DNA of 64,000 bases, taken from assembly GCA_049619435.1 (NCBI GenBank), contig JBMZMY010000004.1:318-64317 (forward strand), written 5' to 3'. Under the pieces are notes generated by a model. That model worked only from the letters and a program-made list of their open reading frames with translations. It had not been told where the DNA came from and ran no database searches. Below are positions 10,540-22,324 of the stretch, piece by piece (position 1 is the stretch's first letter; every line of letters begins with the position of its first letter). The translations under genes and the position numbers were made by a program. This stretch comes from Synechococcus sp. GTDB lineage: Bacteria; Cyanobacteriota; Cyanobacteriia; PCC-6307; Cyanobiaceae.

Positions 10540-10680
10540 CGCGCCGGCAGGCCGGTTCGGAAGTGCCCCGTCACAAACGGCGGAGCTGGGCAGGTGGGTC
10601 CGGTCCGAAACCGGACCTGACTGAAGCTCAAGGATCGAGCTTACTCTTTGGCGGTTCCTGATCTTGACGACAAGGACTGC

Positions 10681-11577
10681 TTAGAGATCCTGGTTGATTG
10701 CTTTTGGCAGGGTCTGCGGATCCGGAGGGGGATCGCTCTCAGCCAGAAAAAACCACGGTTGGCAATCGTACCAGCCGGCTTTACTGAACAACTCCTCGGC
10801 GTAGCCCGCCCGCAGCAGACAGAGCCCATGGGGCGGCGCTGCTTCCTTGACCAGATCCCGCCGGCGCTGTCTCCAGCGGTCTTCAAAACTGGTGGGACTG
10901 AGGCGGTGTTCCCCGACGGCCACGAGTTGTGCCATCAGAAGGCGCACCATGCCGTAGAGGAATCCACTGGCTTGAATCTCGACGCGGATGAGATCGCCAT
11001 CGCGTTGAACCGTCACCTCTTGAACGGTGGTGCGGGCATGGGCGCGCCGGCTGCCGGCTCGCATGAATGCCGTGAAATCATGCAGTCCCACCATGCTGTC
11101 GAGGGCGAGCTGCATGCGGTCGTGGTCGAGACGCCACTGGTACCGGTGCCAGCTCCAGGGGCTCAGGAACAGATTGGGCCGCCTGCCGTTGTAGATCGTG
11201 TAGCGGTAGCGCCTGTAGGTGGCGGAATAGCAGGCATGCCAGTCCATCGGGCAGGCCACGGATTCCCGGACGCGGATGCTGCCGGGCAGTCGGCCATTCA
11301 GCGCAGGCGCCCATTTGCGGGCAGGGATGCGTGGGCTGCAGTCGAAATGCACGACCTGAGCGGCTGCGTGAACTCCTGCATCGGTGCGTCCAGCTGCGAA
11401 TGTCTGGATCGGCTGCTCAGGCTCCAGTTGCTGGATCGCGCGCTCGAGTTCGGCCTGAACGCTGTGGCCATTGCGTTGACGCTGCCAACCACAAAAAGCC
11501 GAACCCTCGTACTGCAGGCTGAGAGCAATCCGGCGGAGTTCCGGTTGATCTGCTGCAGACGAGGGTTGCTGGATCAA
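10681..11577 (-). CDS. truA: tRNA pseudouridine(38-40) synthase
   Basis: [29 protein letters not shown]. Confidence 0.97.
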   Translation of the reverse strand: MIQQPSSAADQPELRRIALSLQYEGSAFCGWQRQRNGHSVQAELERAIQQLEPEQPIQTFAAGRTDAGVHAAAQVVHFDCSPRIPARKWAPALNGRLPGSIRVRESVACPMDWHACYSATYRRYRYTIYNGRRPNLFLSPWSWHRYQWRLDHDRMQLALDSMVGLHDFTAFMRAGSRRAHARTTVQEVTVQRDGDLIRVEIQASGFLYGMVRLLMAQLVAVGEHRLSPTSFEDRWRQRRRDLVKEAAPPHGLCLLRAGYAEELFSKAGWYDCQPWFFLAESDPPPDPQTLPKAINQDL

Positions 11578-11599
11578 AGGTCAGTGGTGACCGACGCGA

Positions 11600-11950
11600 T
11601 CAAACCAATTCAATGATCGCCATTTCGGCGTTGTCACCACGGCGGGGAACGGTGCGAGTGATGCGGGTGTAGCCACCCTTGCGATCGCTGTAACGGTCAG
11701 GTGCCTTGTCAAACAGGGCGTGAACCAGCTGCTTGTCGTAGATGTAGCCCATGGCACGACGACGGGAGGCCAGGCTTCCGTCCTTGGCCAGGGTGATCAT
11801 CCGCTCGGCTTCGTCACGCAGGGCCTTGGCACGCGCCTTGGTTGTGGTGACCCGGCCTTCACGGATCAGCTGCGTGGTCAGCGCACGCAGCATGGCTTTG
11901 CGCTGGTCAGCTGGGCGTCCCAGCTGGGGGACTCGGCATTGGTGACGCAT
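11600..11950 (-). CDS. rplQ: 50S ribosomal protein L17
   Basis: [22 protein letters not shown]. Confidence 0.99.
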   Translation of the reverse strand: MRHQCRVPQLGRPADQRKAMLRALTTQLIREGRVTTTKARAKALRDEAERMITLAKDGSLASRRRAMGYIYDKQLVHALFDKAPDRYSDRKGGYTRITRTVPRRGDNAEMAIIELV

Positions 11951-12000
11951 GGGATTAGCGAGAGCGTTAGCGGAACGGAGTGTTGATCAGACTGACGTGA

Positions 12001-12939
12001 TCAAGCCGAAGTGCGGCTTTGAGGAATGGAGATGCCGATCCGCTCGAGAGCCTCGATCACTTCATCGGCCGACTTCGACCCGAAGTTCTTGATCTCCAGC
12101 AGATCCTCATAACTGAAGCCCATCAGGTCGGACACCGAGTTGACCTGAGCGCGCTTGAGGCAGTTGTAAGCCCGCACCGACAGATTCAGCTCCTCAAGAG
12201 GAATCTGAGCTTCAGCCGAAGGCTCGGGCTCAACGCCGGGCTCCTCAACCAGAGTGACGGTGGCCAGGGGCTGGAACAACTCAATCAGTTGATTCGCGGC
12301 CTGGGCAAGGGCGTCATCCGGGGTGATGGAACCGTCGGTGACAATTTCAATCCGGAGACGTTCGCGGGCGGAACCACCTTCTGCAACGGCTGTTTCGTCG
12401 ATCGTGAAGTTCACCCGACGGACGGGCATGAACACGGCATCGATCTGCAGGAGATCGATGGCAGCGGTGTCTTCGGTGTGGCGGTCGACGGGGCGGTACC
12501 CGACACCGCGCTCCACGTGAACTTCAATTTCCAGGCTGTGGCCATCGGCCACGGTGGCGATGGGGCGGTTGCCGTCCACCACCTGAACCTGGGAGGAGAA
12601 CTGCAGGTCACTCGCGGTGACCTCAGCGGGTCCGGCAACGACCAAGCGTCCGATCTCCAGATCGGCAGAACGGCTATTGACGGAGAGCTGCTTGCAGTTC
12701 AACAGGATGTCGAGCACATCCTCACGCACACCGGGAACGGTGGCGTACTCGTGATTGACACCGGCGATACGGATCGCGGTGACAGCACTGCCTTCGAGGC
12801 CGCCCATCAGGACGCGCCGCAGTGAATTACCCAGGGTCGTGGCCTGGCCACGCTCGAGAGGGCCAATCAGGAAGACGCCGTTTTGGGCGCGATCCTCGGC
12901 AACCTGATGCTCGATGCGATCGATCTGATACTGCAGCAC
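12001..12939 (-). CDS. rpoA: RNA polymerase subunit alpha
   Basis: GTG 12939; [36 protein letters not shown]. Confidence 0.98.
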   Translation of the reverse strand: MLQYQIDRIEHQVAEDRAQNGVFLIGPLERGQATTLGNSLRRVLMGGLEGSAVTAIRIAGVNHEYATVPGVREDVLDILLNCKQLSVNSRSADLEIGRLVVAGPAEVTASDLQFSSQVQVVDGNRPIATVADGHSLEIEVHVERGVGYRPVDRHTEDTAAIDLLQIDAVFMPVRRVNFTIDETAVAEGGSARERLRIEIVTDGSITPDDALAQAANQLIELFQPLATVTLVEEPGVEPEPSAEAQIPLEELNLSVRAYNCLKRAQVNSVSDLMGFSYEDLLEIKNFGSKSADEVIEALERIGISIPQSRTSA

Positions 12940-12989
12940 GGTCTGATGCGAAATAGGGAGCGGGAACCGGGAATAACTGTCGTGTCGGC

Positions 12990-13382
12990 TCAGACGCGAC
13001 GGCGCTTGGGCCGGCGGCAACCGTTGTGGGGCAGAGGGGTGACGTCGCGAATCAGGGTGATTTCGAGACCGGCAACCTGGAGTGCGCGGATGGCTGTTTC
13101 ACGACCCGAACCAGGGCCACGGACCAACACTTCGATCTGACGCATGCCCTGGTCGAGGGCGCGGCGGGCTGCGGCTTCAGCGGCCGTTTGCGCTGCGAAA
13201 GGCGTTCCCTTGCGAGCACCTTTGAATCCGCTTGCACCAGCTGAAGACCAAGCGATGACTTCGCCAGCGGTGTCGGTGATCGAAACGATCGTGTTGTTGA
13301 AGGTGCTCTGGATGTGCGCAACCCCATTGGGCACATTGCGCTTGGCCTTCTTGGGGCCGGATTTCTTGACGGTTTTGGCCAT
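12990..13382 (-). CDS. rpsK: 30S ribosomal protein S11
   Basis: [27 protein letters not shown]. Confidence 0.99.
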   Translation of the reverse strand: MAKTVKKSGPKKAKRNVPNGVAHIQSTFNNTIVSITDTAGEVIAWSSAGASGFKGARKGTPFAAQTAAEAAARRALDQGMRQIEVLVRGPGSGRETAIRALQVAGLEITLIRDVTPLPHNGCRRPKRRRV

Positions 13383-13442
13383 GGGCCGAGGGATGACTGG
13401 GGCGGAGGGGTCAGAGGTGCCTCAGAACGAGGCAAGGGGGCC

Positions 13443-13808
13443 TTACTTCTTCTTGCCGGCCACGGTTTTACGAGCACCGCGGCGCGTCCGTGCATTGGTG
13501 CGCGTGCGTTGGCCACGCACGGGCAGGCTCATGCGGTGACGGCGACCACGCAGGCAGCCGATGTCCTGAAGACGCTTGAGGGCCATGCCCTCCTGACGAC
13601 GCAGGTCACCCTCGATGGTGAACCCCTCGGTGGCTTCGCGGAGCTTCTGGATGTCGCCATCCTCGAGGTCCTTGACCCGGGTATCAGGGTTCACGCCTGT
13701 TTGGGCGAGGATGGTCTTGGCCCGAGTCAGGCCGATTCCATAGATGTAAGTGAGGGAGACTTCGACTCGCTTATCGCGAGGGATGTCAACGCCGGCGATC
13801 CGTGCCAC
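13443..13808 (-). CDS. rpsM: 30S ribosomal protein S13
   Basis: [10 protein letters not shown]...[15 protein letters not shown]. Confidence 0.99.
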   Translation of the reverse strand: MARIAGVDIPRDKRVEVSLTYIYGIGLTRAKTILAQTGVNPDTRVKDLEDGDIQKLREATEGFTIEGDLRRQEGMALKRLQDIGCLRGRRHRMSLPVRGQRTRTNARTRRGARKTVAGKKK

Positions 13809-13912
13809 GGAGATTCAATCGAGGAAGGACAGAAGCCTCCGTGGGATCGGAGGCGAGGGGATGACGCAGTTCTGAGATCAGCTGAGTCACTTGAAAGCAA
13901 GTCGGCCAGGCT

Positions 13913-14026
13913 TCAGCCTTGGCGCTGCTTGTGCTTGGGGTTGGGGCAAATCACCATGACCCGGCCGTGGCGACGAATCACACGGCACTTGTCGCACATT
14001 TTCTTGACTGAGGCTCGCACCTTCAT
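13913..14026 (-). CDS. rpmJ: 50S ribosomal protein L36
   Basis: [37 protein letters not shown]. Confidence 0.99.
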   Translation of the reverse strand: MKVRASVKKMCDKCRVIRRHGRVMVICPNPKHKQRQG

Positions 14027-14072
14027 GAGGCGTGGCTCTCCAAATTTCCAAACGGCAACCCTACCACGCGGG

Positions 14073-14624
14073 TCAACCCAACACCCCAGCAATCCGCTCG
14101 GTGACGGCCTCAACGCTGCCCTCGGCTGGGACGGAAATCAGCAGCCCCTTGTCTTTGTAATAGCTGATCAGAGGAGCTGTTTTCTCTCGATACACCTCGA
14201 GCCGATTGCGGATCACCGCTTCGTTGTCATCGGCGCGGCCTCGGGAGAGCATGCGTTCAATCAGAACAGCGTCGTCGAGCTCGAGCAGCACCACGGCTTC
14301 GATCGGTTGATCGAGTTGCGTCAGCAGGGGTTCGAGGGCTTCGGCCTGAGGAACGGTTCGGGGGAAGCCATCCAGGAGCCAGCCACCACCACTGAGGCCT
14401 TTCATCTGGCTTTCAACAATGGCAAGCACCAAGGCATCGCTGACCAGTTCTCCTCGGTTCATCACCGCTTCGGCTTCCTGGCCGAGTTCTGAACCGGCGG
14501 CCACCTCTGCGCGGAGCAGATCACCGGTGGAGAGGTGCTTCATGGCCTGGCTTTCGCAGAGCCGGGCCGCTTGCGTGCCTTTGCCGGCACCGGGAGGACC
14601 AAGGAAGAGAAGCCTGGTTTTCAT
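14073..14624 (-). CDS. adk: Adenylate kinase (short type)
   Basis: [25 protein letters not shown]. Confidence 0.98.
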   Translation of the reverse strand: MKTRLLFLGPPGAGKGTQAARLCESQAMKHLSTGDLLRAEVAAGSELGQEAEAVMNRGELVSDALVLAIVESQMKGLSGGGWLLDGFPRTVPQAEALEPLLTQLDQPIEAVVLLELDDAVLIERMLSRGRADDNEAVIRNRLEVYREKTAPLISYYKDKGLLISVPAEGSVEAVTERIAGVLG

Positions 14625-14671
14625 GGTTGTCGTGGATGGTCGGGACAGAAGCGAAAGGGACGATCAGGGGG

Positions 14672-15991
14672 TTATTGCCGGACGAGCCCTTCGTAGCGTT
14701 GAGAAATCACGTAGGTCTGCACCTGTTTGGCGGTGTCGATGGCAACGCCAACGAGAATCAGCAGCGAGGTGGCTCCCAGACCTCGGAAGGTTTGCACCTG
14801 GGTCGCTCGCTCGACCGCAGCAGGGATGATCGCCACGGAGCCAAGAAAGAGGCCACCGAGCAGGGTGAGCCGGTTCTGCACGCCGGACAGATAGTTCGCC
14901 GTTGCGCTTCCTGGTCGGACGCCGGGGATCGCAACGCCACCGCGTTTCAGGTTGGTGGCCATGTCGGCGGGATTGACCGTCAACGAGGCATAGAAATAGG
15001 AGAAGCCCAGGATCAGCGCGAAGAAGGTGAGGGCATAGGGCCAGGGATTTGTGGCGCTTGGGTTCAGCGCTGAGGACACCCTTGCCAGCCACTCATTTTT
15101 GGTGAGATTGGCAATGGTGAAGGGAAGGAAGATCAGCGCTGACGCGAAAATGATCGGCATCACTCCACCGGCATTCAGCTTGAGCGGTAGGTAGCTCTGG
15201 CGTGAGGGCAGCACGCCGGTTCCCCCGATCTGGCGCTTTGCACTCACGATCGGGATACGGCGCGCTCCCTCCTGGACAAAGATGATGCCCACGATGGTGA
15301 CCAGGAAGACCAGCACCAGCACAATGATCCCCAGAATCGTGGCCCGCTCACCGGTCTGGGCCGCCTCAATGGTGGCGCTCAGGGTTCTTGGCAAGGACGA
15401 GACGATGTTCAGGAAGATGACCAGCGACGCCCCCTGACCGATCCCTCGCTCGGTGATCACTTCACTGATCCACATCACGACCATCGAGCCGGTGACAAGA
15501 GCCAGGGCTGTCTGGACGATGAAGACGGTGTCGCTGATCCCCTCCAGGGCGTACTGACGCAGGATTGTCGCGAAGACAATGCTCTGGAGTAGGCCCCAGC
15601 CCAAGGCCACATAGCGTGTGATCTGGGCAATCTTGCGCCGCCCAGCTTCGCCTTCGTTCTTTTGCAGGTCCTCGAGCTGAGGCAATGCTGCCGTCAGCAG
15701 TTGCAGGATGATCGAGGCATTGATGAAGGGAAGAATTCCCAAGGCGAACAATCCCAGCGTGGAGATTCCACCGCCGGTGAAGATGTCCAGGAAGCCGATG
15801 AGATCCGTGGCGCCATCGGTGAATTGTTTGAAGGCGACCCGATCAATGCCTGGAATCGGGATGTAATTGCCAAGTCTCACCAGCAGAAGCAATCCCAGCG
15901 TGGTGAGGACGCGATTGCGCAGACCAGCGTTGGTGAACAGCTGGCTGATCACTTCGGCGGCGTTGGGGTTGCGACCCCGACTGACGAGCAT
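14672..15991 (-). CDS. secY: Preprotein translocase subunit SecY
   Basis: LFALGILPFINASII, GIGQGASL, IPGVRPG, multiple TM helices. Confidence 0.99.
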   Translation of the reverse strand: MLVSRGRNPNAAEVISQLFTNAGLRNRVLTTLGLLLLVRLGNYIPIPGIDRVAFKQFTDGATDLIGFLDIFTGGGISTLGLFALGILPFINASIILQLLTAALPQLEDLQKNEGEAGRRKIAQITRYVALGWGLLQSIVFATILRQYALEGISDTVFIVQTALALVTGSMVVMWISEVITERGIGQGASLVIFLNIVSSLPRTLSATIEAAQTGERATILGIIVLVLVFLVTIVGIIFVQEGARRIPIVSAKRQIGGTGVLPSRQSYLPLKLNAGGVMPIIFASALIFLPFTIANLTKNEWLARVSSALNPSATNPWPYALTFFALILGFSYFYASLTVNPADMATNLKRGGVAIPGVRPGSATANYLSGVQNRLTLLGGLFLGSVAIIPAAVERATQVQTFRGLGATSLLILVGVAIDTAKQVQTYVISQRYEGLVRQ

Positions 15992-16025
15992 GTCCGAAAG
16001 AAATGGGTTGGGCTTGATGCAGCGA

Positions 16026-16058
16026 AGCCGCCCGCAGACCGAAGTCCAGCGGACGGCT
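16026..16058 (-). other. cUUCGg-capped hairpin between rplO and secY
   Basis: Minus strand AGCCGTCCGC-TG-GAC-TTCG-GTC-T-GCGGGCGGCT; the G.U pair supports the mRNA strand. Confidence 0.65.
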
Positions 16059-16096
16059 CAGAGCCTAAGGCTGAGTTGAGACCAGGGGGGCCTGAA

Positions 16097-16549
16097 TCAG
16101 TCGAGGACTTCGCAGGTGCCGCCGGCGGCTTCAATCTTGGTTCGAGCTGAACCGGTGAAGGCTGCCGCCTGAACGGTCAGTTTCACTTTCAGATCACCGT
16201 TGCCGAGCATCTTCAGAGGATGCTTGGGGCTGGTCACGATGCCGTCCTTCACCAGGGAATCGAGGTTCACGGTGCTGCCGTCCTTGAGGTCGTTCAGCGC
16301 CGAGACGTTCAGCACGGTGAAGTGCTTGGGGTTGACCAGGGGGAAGTGCTTGAGCTTCGGCACCCGGCGGTAGAGGGGCATCTGGCCACCTTCGAAACCT
16401 GGACGGGTCGGACGGCCCGAACGGGACTTCTGGCCACGCATCCCGAAACCGCAACTTGCGCCTTGGCCGGCAGCGATGCCGCGACCCTTGCGCAGTTTGC
16501 GGCGACGGGCGCCTTTATTGGGCTTGAGGGAATCGAGTCGGAGAGTCAT
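16097..16549 (-). CDS. rplO: 50S ribosomal protein L15
   Basis: [24 protein letters not shown]. Confidence 0.99.
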   Translation of the reverse strand: MTLRLDSLKPNKGARRRKLRKGRGIAAGQGASCGFGMRGQKSRSGRPTRPGFEGGQMPLYRRVPKLKHFPLVNPKHFTVLNVSALNDLKDGSTVNLDSLVKDGIVTSPKHPLKMLGNGDLKVKLTVQAAAFTGSARTKIEAAGGTCEVLD

Positions 16550-16555
16550 CGCGAA

Positions 16556-17194
16556 TCAGGAGTAGATCTGCTCGAGGGAGATTCCCCGTTCCTTGGCCGT
16601 CTCCTTATGGGTGCGGAGACTGGACAGGGCCACCATGGCAGCCCGTGCATTGTTCAGGGGCGTCTTGCTGCCCAGGCGCTTGGCCAGGACATTTTTGATG
16701 CCGGCCAGTTCGAGCACGGTGCGGATGGAGCCGCCCGCAATGACACCGGTACCGGGAGCTGCGGGACGAATCAGGACGCTGGCAGCGCCATCTCGACCGT
16801 TGGACAGGGTCGGAATCGAATTATGACGAGTAAGAGGCACCTTAACCAAGTGCTTCTTGCCGTCAGCCACGCCCTTGCGGACGGCACCGATGACATCACC
16901 GGCTTTGCCGACGCCAACACCGACTTGGCCTTTTTCGTTGCCAACGACGACGATGGCCCGGAAGCTCATCTTCTTACCGCCTTTCACGGTCTTGGAGACG
17001 CGGCGGATCTGCACCACACGCTCTTGCCATTCGGAGTCACGCTCCTGACCGCGACGGTCGCCACGGCGACCACCGCGACGCTCACCGCGGCCACCGCCAC
17101 GGCGCTGTTCCTGCTGCTGGCCTTCGGCTGCAGCAGGAACGTCAGCCGCGCCCGGCACGGCGTTGGGATTGGTCTGGGGGGAGGAATCGGTCAT
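16556..17194 (-). CDS. rpsE: 30S ribosomal protein S5
   Basis: [22 protein letters not shown]. Confidence 0.99.
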   Translation of the reverse strand: MTDSSPQTNPNAVPGAADVPAAAEGQQQEQRRGGGRGERRGGRRGDRRGQERDSEWQERVVQIRRVSKTVKGGKKMSFRAIVVVGNEKGQVGVGVGKAGDVIGAVRKGVADGKKHLVKVPLTRHNSIPTLSNGRDGAASVLIRPAAPGTGVIAGGSIRTVLELAGIKNVLAKRLGSKTPLNNARAAMVALSSLRTHKETAKERGISLEQIYS

Positions 17195-17208
17195 GTTGAG
17201 AGCAGGGA

Positions 17209-17577
17209 TCAGAACTGAAGGCCCGCTTCCCGGGCGGCGTCGGCAAGGGCCTTGACCCGGCCGTGATACAGGTTGCCGCCACGGTCGAAGACCACCTGCT
17301 GGATGCCCTTGGCGATGGCGCGTTTGGCGACGAGCTCGCCGACAGCGACGGATGCATCGCAGCTGCCGCCGTTGGCCTTGAGGCCGGCACGCAGCTCTTT
17401 GTCAACGGTGGATGCAGAACAGAGTGTGCTCTGGGCTGCGTCGTCGATGACCTGGGCGTAAATGTGATTGTTGGAGCGGAACACGGCCAGTCTCGGACGG
17501 TCCGAGGTGCCGTTGATGTGGCGACGCAGGCGCCGGTGGCGCTTCTGCGTCTGCTGCTTGCGGGACAGTTTGGACAT
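17209..17577 (-). CDS. rplR: 50S ribosomal protein L18
   Basis: [28 protein letters not shown]. Confidence 0.99.
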   Translation of the reverse strand: MSKLSRKQQTQKRHRRLRRHINGTSDRPRLAVFRSNNHIYAQVIDDAAQSTLCSASTVDKELRAGLKANGGSCDASVAVGELVAKRAIAKGIQQVVFDRGGNLYHGRVKALADAAREAGLQF

Positions 17578-17610
17578 GGTGGGTGAAGGAGAGAAACGTC
17601 AGGACAAGGC

Positions 17611-18150
17611 TTATTTCTTGCCGGACTTGCCCGCCTTGCGCAGGATGCGCTCGCCCTCGTACTTGATGCCCTTGCCCTTGTAGGGCTCGGGGGGACGGAT
17701 GGCGCGGACCTTGGCGGCTTCGTTGCCCACCAGTTCCTTGTCGATTCCGGAGACGGTGACCTTGGTGTTGTTCTCCACCTTGAAGGTGATGCCTTCAGGG
17801 GCTTCCATCTCAACGGGATGGCTGTAGCCAGCACTGACCACGAGGGTCTTGCCTTTGACCTGGGCACGGGAGCCCACACCGACGATCTCCAGGTTCTTGC
17901 TGAACCCGTTACTCACACCTTCGACCATGTTGGCGACGAGGGTGCGGCAGAGCCCGTGGCGCTCACGGGAGGTGCGCTTGTTGCTCGTGGGGGCAACCAC
18001 GATGCTGTTGTTGTCCTGCGTGACAGTGACACCGTCGGGGAGGGTGCGCTGCAATTCGCCTTTGGGCCCCTTCACCGTCACGGTGAGACCGTCCAGGGAG
18101 ACGCTCACCTTGTCGGGAAGAGGGACAGGATTTTTGCCAATACGTGACAT
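17611..18150 (-). CDS. rplF: 50S ribosomal protein L6
   Basis: MSRIGK...[10 protein letters not shown]. Confidence 0.99.
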   Translation of the reverse strand: MSRIGKNPVPLPDKVSVSLDGLTVTVKGPKGELQRTLPDGVTVTQDNNSIVVAPTSNKRTSRERHGLCRTLVANMVEGVSNGFSKNLEIVGVGSRAQVKGKTLVVSAGYSHPVEMEAPEGITFKVENNTKVTVSGIDKELVGNEAAKVRAIRPPEPYKGKGIKYEGERILRKAGKSGKK

Positions 18151-18164
18151 GGTTCAGCTCCGGA

Positions 18165-18566
18165 TCAGTAGACGTAACAGAGCACTTCGCCACCGACGCC
18201 CTCGCGACGGGCATCGCGATCGCTCATCACACCTTTGGAGGTGGAGATGATGGCAACGCCAAGGCCGCCGAGGACCTTGGGAAGGCCACGGGTGTTCTTG
18301 TAGATGCGAAGACCGGGCTTGCTCACCCGTTGCATCGAACGGATGGTGGGCTGGCTGTGCTTGCCGCTGTACTTGAGGGCGAGCACCAGTTCGGTGCGAA
18401 CGCCTTCACCCTGCTCGCTGATCTCGGAGATGAAACCCTCCTGCTGCAGCACCTTGGCGATGCTGCGGGTCATCCGCGAAGCGGGGATCTTGGTGGTTTC
18501 GTGACGCTTCTCACTCGCATTGCGAATGCGGGTGAGCATGTCGGAAATGGGGTCGTGGTTAGCCAT
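18165..18566 (-). CDS. rpsH: 30S ribosomal protein S8
   Basis: [28 protein letters not shown]. Confidence 0.99.
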   Translation of the reverse strand: MANHDPISDMLTRIRNASEKRHETTKIPASRMTRSIAKVLQQEGFISEISEQGEGVRTELVLALKYSGKHSQPTIRSMQRVSKPGLRIYKNTRGLPKVLGGLGVAIISTSKGVMSDRDARREGVGGEVLCYVY

Positions 18567-18585
18567 AGGTGTGGACGGGGAGGGC

Positions 18586-19125
18586 TCAGTTGCTCTGGAA
18601 CGGCATTCCCATCTCGCGGAGGAGGGCCCGGCCCTCTTCATCCGAACGGGCGCTGGTCACGATGGTGATGTCCATGCCCCTGATGGCCTCGATCTTGTCG
18701 AAGGAGATCTCAGGAAAAATGATTTGTTCCCGCACCCCGAGGGTGTAGTTGCCACGACCGTCGAAGCTTTTCGGGCTGACGCCACGGAAGTCGCGGATAC
18801 GGGGCAGCGCAAGGTTGATCAGGCGCTCGAGGAAGGCATACATGCGGTCGCCACGCAGGGTGACGGCACAGCCGATCGGCATGCCCTGGCGAATCTTGAA
18901 GCCGGCGATGGCTTTCTTGGCTCGGGTGATCACCACTTTTTGACCAGTGATCTGAGCCAGCTCGTTCACCGAAGCCTCAAGAGACTTGGCGTTCGCGGCA
19001 GCTTCACCGAGGCCCCGGTTCACGGTGACTTTCAGCACCTTGGGGACTTCGTGGATGTTGTCGAGGGAGAGATCCTTCTTCAGCTTGGGCTGAATGGACT
19101 CCCGATAGCGCTTTTTGAGTGACAT
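18586..19125 (-). CDS. rplE: 50S ribosomal protein L5
   Basis: [21 protein letters not shown]. Confidence 0.99.
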   Translation of the reverse strand: MSLKKRYRESIQPKLKKDLSLDNIHEVPKVLKVTVNRGLGEAAANAKSLEASVNELAQITGQKVVITRAKKAIAGFKIRQGMPIGCAVTLRGDRMYAFLERLINLALPRIRDFRGVSPKSFDGRGNYTLGVREQIIFPEISFDKIEAIRGMDITIVTSARSDEEGRALLREMGMPFQSN

Positions 19126-19166
19126 TGCGGGGTACGGGGGCTTCTGGGCTTGGTCAGAAGTCGGGA

Positions 19167-19523
19167 TCAGTCGAGGACTTCACCGGTTTTCTTGAGCCGA
19201 CGCTTTTTGGTGCCGTCGCTTTCAACGACGATTTCAACGCGGCTGGCGACCTTCTTGGCCGTGGAATACAGCATCACGTTGGAGGCATGCAGCGATGCTT
19301 CCTCCGTGACGATGCGTCCGGATTCACCTTCTTGGCTGGGCTTGACGTGGCGCGTGCGCATGTTGATGCCCTGAACGATCACACGGTTCTCGTTGGGCAG
19401 CGTGCGCAGCACTTCACCGGTCTTGCCTTTGTCCTTACCGGCGATCACCTGAACGGTGTCGCCCTGACGAATGCGCATCTTGGTGCGTTCGACGGACTTG
19501 GCGCGGGGGGTTGCAGTCGCCAT
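19167..19523 (-). CDS. rplX: 50S ribosomal protein L24
   Basis: [19 protein letters not shown] motif. Confidence 0.99.
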   Translation of the reverse strand: MATATPRAKSVERTKMRIRQGDTVQVIAGKDKGKTGEVLRTLPNENRVIVQGINMRTRHVKPSQEGESGRIVTEEASLHASNVMLYSTAKKVASRVEIVVESDGTKKRRLKKTGEVLD

Positions 19524-19525
19524 GG

Positions 19526-19891
19526 TCAGATCACCTCCGGAGCGAGGGACACGATCTTCGTGAAGTTGCGCTCGCGAAGCTCACGGGCAACGGGGCCGAA
19601 GACGCGGGTTCCTTTCGGGTTTTTGTCGTCGTTGATGATCACGGCGGCGTTGTCGTCGAACCGGATCGAATTGCCGGTCTCGCGACGCATGGTGGCTTTG
19701 GTGCGCACCACAACGGCCTTGACCACATCGGACTTTTTGACGCCCATGTTGGGCATCGCATCCTTGACTGCAGCCACGATCACGTCACCGACGTGGGCGT
19801 AACGACGGTTGGTTCCGAGGACACGGATGCACTGGATGCGCTTCGCGCCGCTGTTGTCAGCGACGTTCAGATAAGACTCCTGCTGGATCAC
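19526..19891 (-). CDS. rplN: 50S ribosomal protein L14
   Basis: [27 protein letters not shown]. Confidence 0.99.
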   Translation of the reverse strand: MIQQESYLNVADNSGAKRIQCIRVLGTNRRYAHVGDVIVAAVKDAMPNMGVKKSDVVKAVVVRTKATMRRETGNSIRFDDNAAVIINDDKNPKGTRVFGPVARELRERNFTKIVSLAPEVI

Positions 19892-20181
19892 TGGCTCACC
19901 TCCTTGGCGGGAGCATCAGCGGACGCAGCTTCAGCTTTGGGGCTGTGGCTCAGCACTTCGGCGATGGCCCACCGCTTTTGGCGGCTCATCGGACGGGTTT
20001 CAGTGATGCGAACGCGGTCACCGACGCGACAGGTGTTGTCTTCGTCGTGAGCCTTGTAACGGGTGGTACGGCTGACCGTCTTTTGATAGATGGGGTGTGG
20101 GAAGCGGCTTTCCACCGCGACCACCACCGTTTTTTCCATCTTGTCGCTGACGACGGTGCCGATCCTTTCCTTGACTGCCAT
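19888..20181 (-). CDS. rpsQ: 30S ribosomal protein S17
   Basis: [23 protein letters not shown]. Confidence 0.99.
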   Translation of the reverse strand: MAVKERIGTVVSDKMEKTVVVAVESRFPHPIYQKTVSRTTRYKAHDEDNTCRVGDRVRITETRPMSRQKRWAIAEVLSHSPKAEAASADAPAKEVSQ

Positions 20182-20198
20182 GGTTACGGAGTGGGGGA

Positions 20199-20408
20199 TC
20201 AGGAGGCGGTGGAGCGCTGGCGCTCCGATTGCACCGTCAGCAGCTGGGCCAGCTTGATGCGGACCTCTTTGAAACGGTGCGTGTTGGTGAGCTGGCGCGT
20301 GGCCTGCTGGAAACGGAGCTGGAACAGCTCGCGGCGAAGGCCGTCGATCTGTTCGTTGATATCCGCGTCAGACAGCTGACGCACATCGGCGGCGTTGGGA
20401 CGGGCCAT
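20199..20408 (-). CDS. rpmC: 50S ribosomal protein L29
   Basis: [11 protein letters not shown]; position between rplP and rpsQ. Confidence 0.97.
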   Translation of the reverse strand: MARPNAADVRQLSDADINEQIDGLRRELFQLRFQQATRQLTNTHRFKEVRIKLAQLLTVQSERQRSTAS

Positions 20409-20410
20409 GG

Positions 20411-20881
20411 TCAGGACTCCACGGTGGCGGCAGCAGCAGCCGGTGCAGCAGCAGCGGCTTGCTTCGATTCATCCAATTGGATGAATTTGGTTTTCACAGG
20501 AAGCTTGTACTGCGCCAGGCGCATGGCTTCACGTGCGATTTCGGGGGTGATTTCATCACCGCCCATTTCGAAGAGGATCCGCCCCGGCTTGATCACAGCC
20601 ACCCAGAATTCGGGGTTGCCTTTACCGGAACCCATCCGGGTTTCAGCCGCACGCATGGTGACGGGCTTGTCCGGGAAGATTCGGATCCAGATTTTGCCGC
20701 CACGCTTGACGTAGCGGGTCATGGCGCGACGGCTGGCCTCGATCTGGCGCGAGGTGATCCAGCCACATTCCTGTGCCTGCAGCGCGAATTGTCCGAAGGC
20801 AATGGTGTTGCCCCGGGTGGCGACGCCGCGCATGCGGCCTCGCTGCTGTTTACGGAATTTGACGCGTTTTGGACTCAGCAT
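20411..20881 (-). CDS. rplP: 50S ribosomal protein L16
   Basis: [22 protein letters not shown]. Confidence 0.99.
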   Translation of the reverse strand: MLSPKRVKFRKQQRGRMRGVATRGNTIAFGQFALQAQECGWITSRQIEASRRAMTRYVKRGGKIWIRIFPDKPVTMRAAETRMGSGKGNPEFWVAVIKPGRILFEMGGDEITPEIAREAMRLAQYKLPVKTKFIQLDESKQAAAAAPAAAAATVES

Positions 20882-20897
20882 GGTTCAGGCCTCCTGT

Positions 20898-21626
20898 TCA
20901 ACCCTCGTTTGAGCGGTCTTCGAACTGTTGGGGCCGACGGCTGGCCCTGCGACGTGGGGTCGCTCCGACAGGCATCTTCTGCGCGTCATCACTCAGCACT
21001 TCGCCCTTGAACACCCAGACCTTGATTCCGAGCACGCCGTAGGTGGTGGTGGCCACCTTGGTTGCGTAGTCGATGTCGGCACGCAGGGTGTGCAGGGGAA
21101 CGCGGCCCTCACGGGTCCATTCCGTCCGAGCGATTTCGGCGCCGTTGAGGCGACCGGACACCTGGATTTTTAGGCCGAGCACGCCAGCGCGCTGAGCCCG
21201 CTGGACCGCCATGCGGATGGTGCGGCGGAAAGCCACACGCTTCTCCAATTGCTGAGCGATGTATTCGGCCAGCAGGAAGGCATCGCCATCGACGCGCTCC
21301 ACCTCGACGACATTGATGCGCACCTGGCGCCCCTTGTCACCGACGGTTTTCTGGATACCGCTGCGGAGTTCCTCGATGCCGCTCCCTTGCCGGCCAACCA
21401 GCACACCGGGGCGTGCGGTTTTGAGCTCGACTTCGAGTTGATCGGCCTTACGGGCGATCAGCACATCGCTGATGCCGGCGGAGCCGTACTTCTTGTGGAT
21501 GAACTTGCGGATCCGGTCATCCTCTTGGAGGAGGGCCGGATAGCTCTTGCTGGGTGCATACCAGCGGGACCGGTGTTCCTGGGTGATCCCCAGGCGCAGA
21601 CCGGTTGGGTTGATTTTGTGTCCCAT
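20898..21626 (-). CDS. rpsC: 30S ribosomal protein S3
   Basis: [34 protein letters not shown]. Confidence 0.99.
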   Translation of the reverse strand: MGHKINPTGLRLGITQEHRSRWYAPSKSYPALLQEDDRIRKFIHKKYGSAGISDVLIARKADQLEVELKTARPGVLVGRQGSGIEELRSGIQKTVGDKGRQVRINVVEVERVDGDAFLLAEYIAQQLEKRVAFRRTIRMAVQRAQRAGVLGLKIQVSGRLNGAEIARTEWTREGRVPLHTLRADIDYATKVATTTYGVLGIKVWVFKGEVLSDDAQKMPVGATPRRRASRRPQQFEDRSNEG

Positions 21627-21644
21627 CAGTCAGAACCTCGGGGG

Positions 21645-22010
21645 TCAGGAATCGGTCTGAGCTGCCACAGCAATGCTGATGTGGCAGGTCTGCTTCTTGA
21701 TCTGGTAGGCGCGGCCTTGGGCACGCGGCCTGTAGCGCTTCATGGACGGGCCCATGTCGGCGCTGGCCTGGGAGATCACCAGGGAGGAGGGATCGAGGCC
21801 CAGGTTGTGCTCGGCATTGGCCACCGCGGAGCGAAGCACCTTGGTGATCGGTCCGGTGGAGCGGTAAGGCATGAACTCGAGCATGATCAGCGCGTCGCGA
21901 TAGGTGCGGCCACGGATTTGGTCGAGCACACGGCGCACCTTCGACACGGAGCCTCGGATGAAGCGACCGTGAGCCTGGGCAGTGGGTGCCGTTGGGGTTG
22001 ACGATGTCAT
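21645..22010 (-). CDS. rplV: 50S ribosomal protein L22
   Basis: [28 protein letters not shown]. Confidence 0.99.
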   Translation of the reverse strand: MTSSTPTAPTAQAHGRFIRGSVSKVRRVLDQIRGRTYRDALIMLEFMPYRSTGPITKVLRSAVANAEHNLGLDPSSLVISQASADMGPSMKRYRPRAQGRAYQIKKQTCHISIAVAAQTDS

Positions 22011-22013
22011 GAA

Positions 22014-22289
22014 TTAGCGGCCTCCTTTCTTGTCTCTGATGTGGCCCTTGAAGGTGCGGGTGGGAGCGAACTCTCCCAGCTTGTGGCCCACCATCTGCTC
22101 GGTGATGAACACCGGCACATGGGTGCGGCCGTTGTGAACCGCGATCGTGTGGCCGATCATCATCGGCAGGATCGTGGAGGCCCGTGACCAGGTCTTGATC
22201 ACAGACTTGTCGTCGTTGTCGTTCTGCTTTTCAACCTTGCGAAGCAGGCTGTCGGCAATAAACGGACCTTTTTTGAGTGAACGTCCCAT
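22014..22289 (-). CDS. rpsS: 30S ribosomal protein S19
   Basis: [19 protein letters not shown]. Confidence 0.99.
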   Translation of the reverse strand: MGRSLKKGPFIADSLLRKVEKQNDNDDKSVIKTWSRASTILPMMIGHTIAVHNGRTHVPVFITEQMVGHKLGEFAPTRTFKGHIRDKKGGR

Positions 22290-22324
22290 AACGGTTTAAG
22301 CAAGCGGATAAGTGATGGTTTGCA

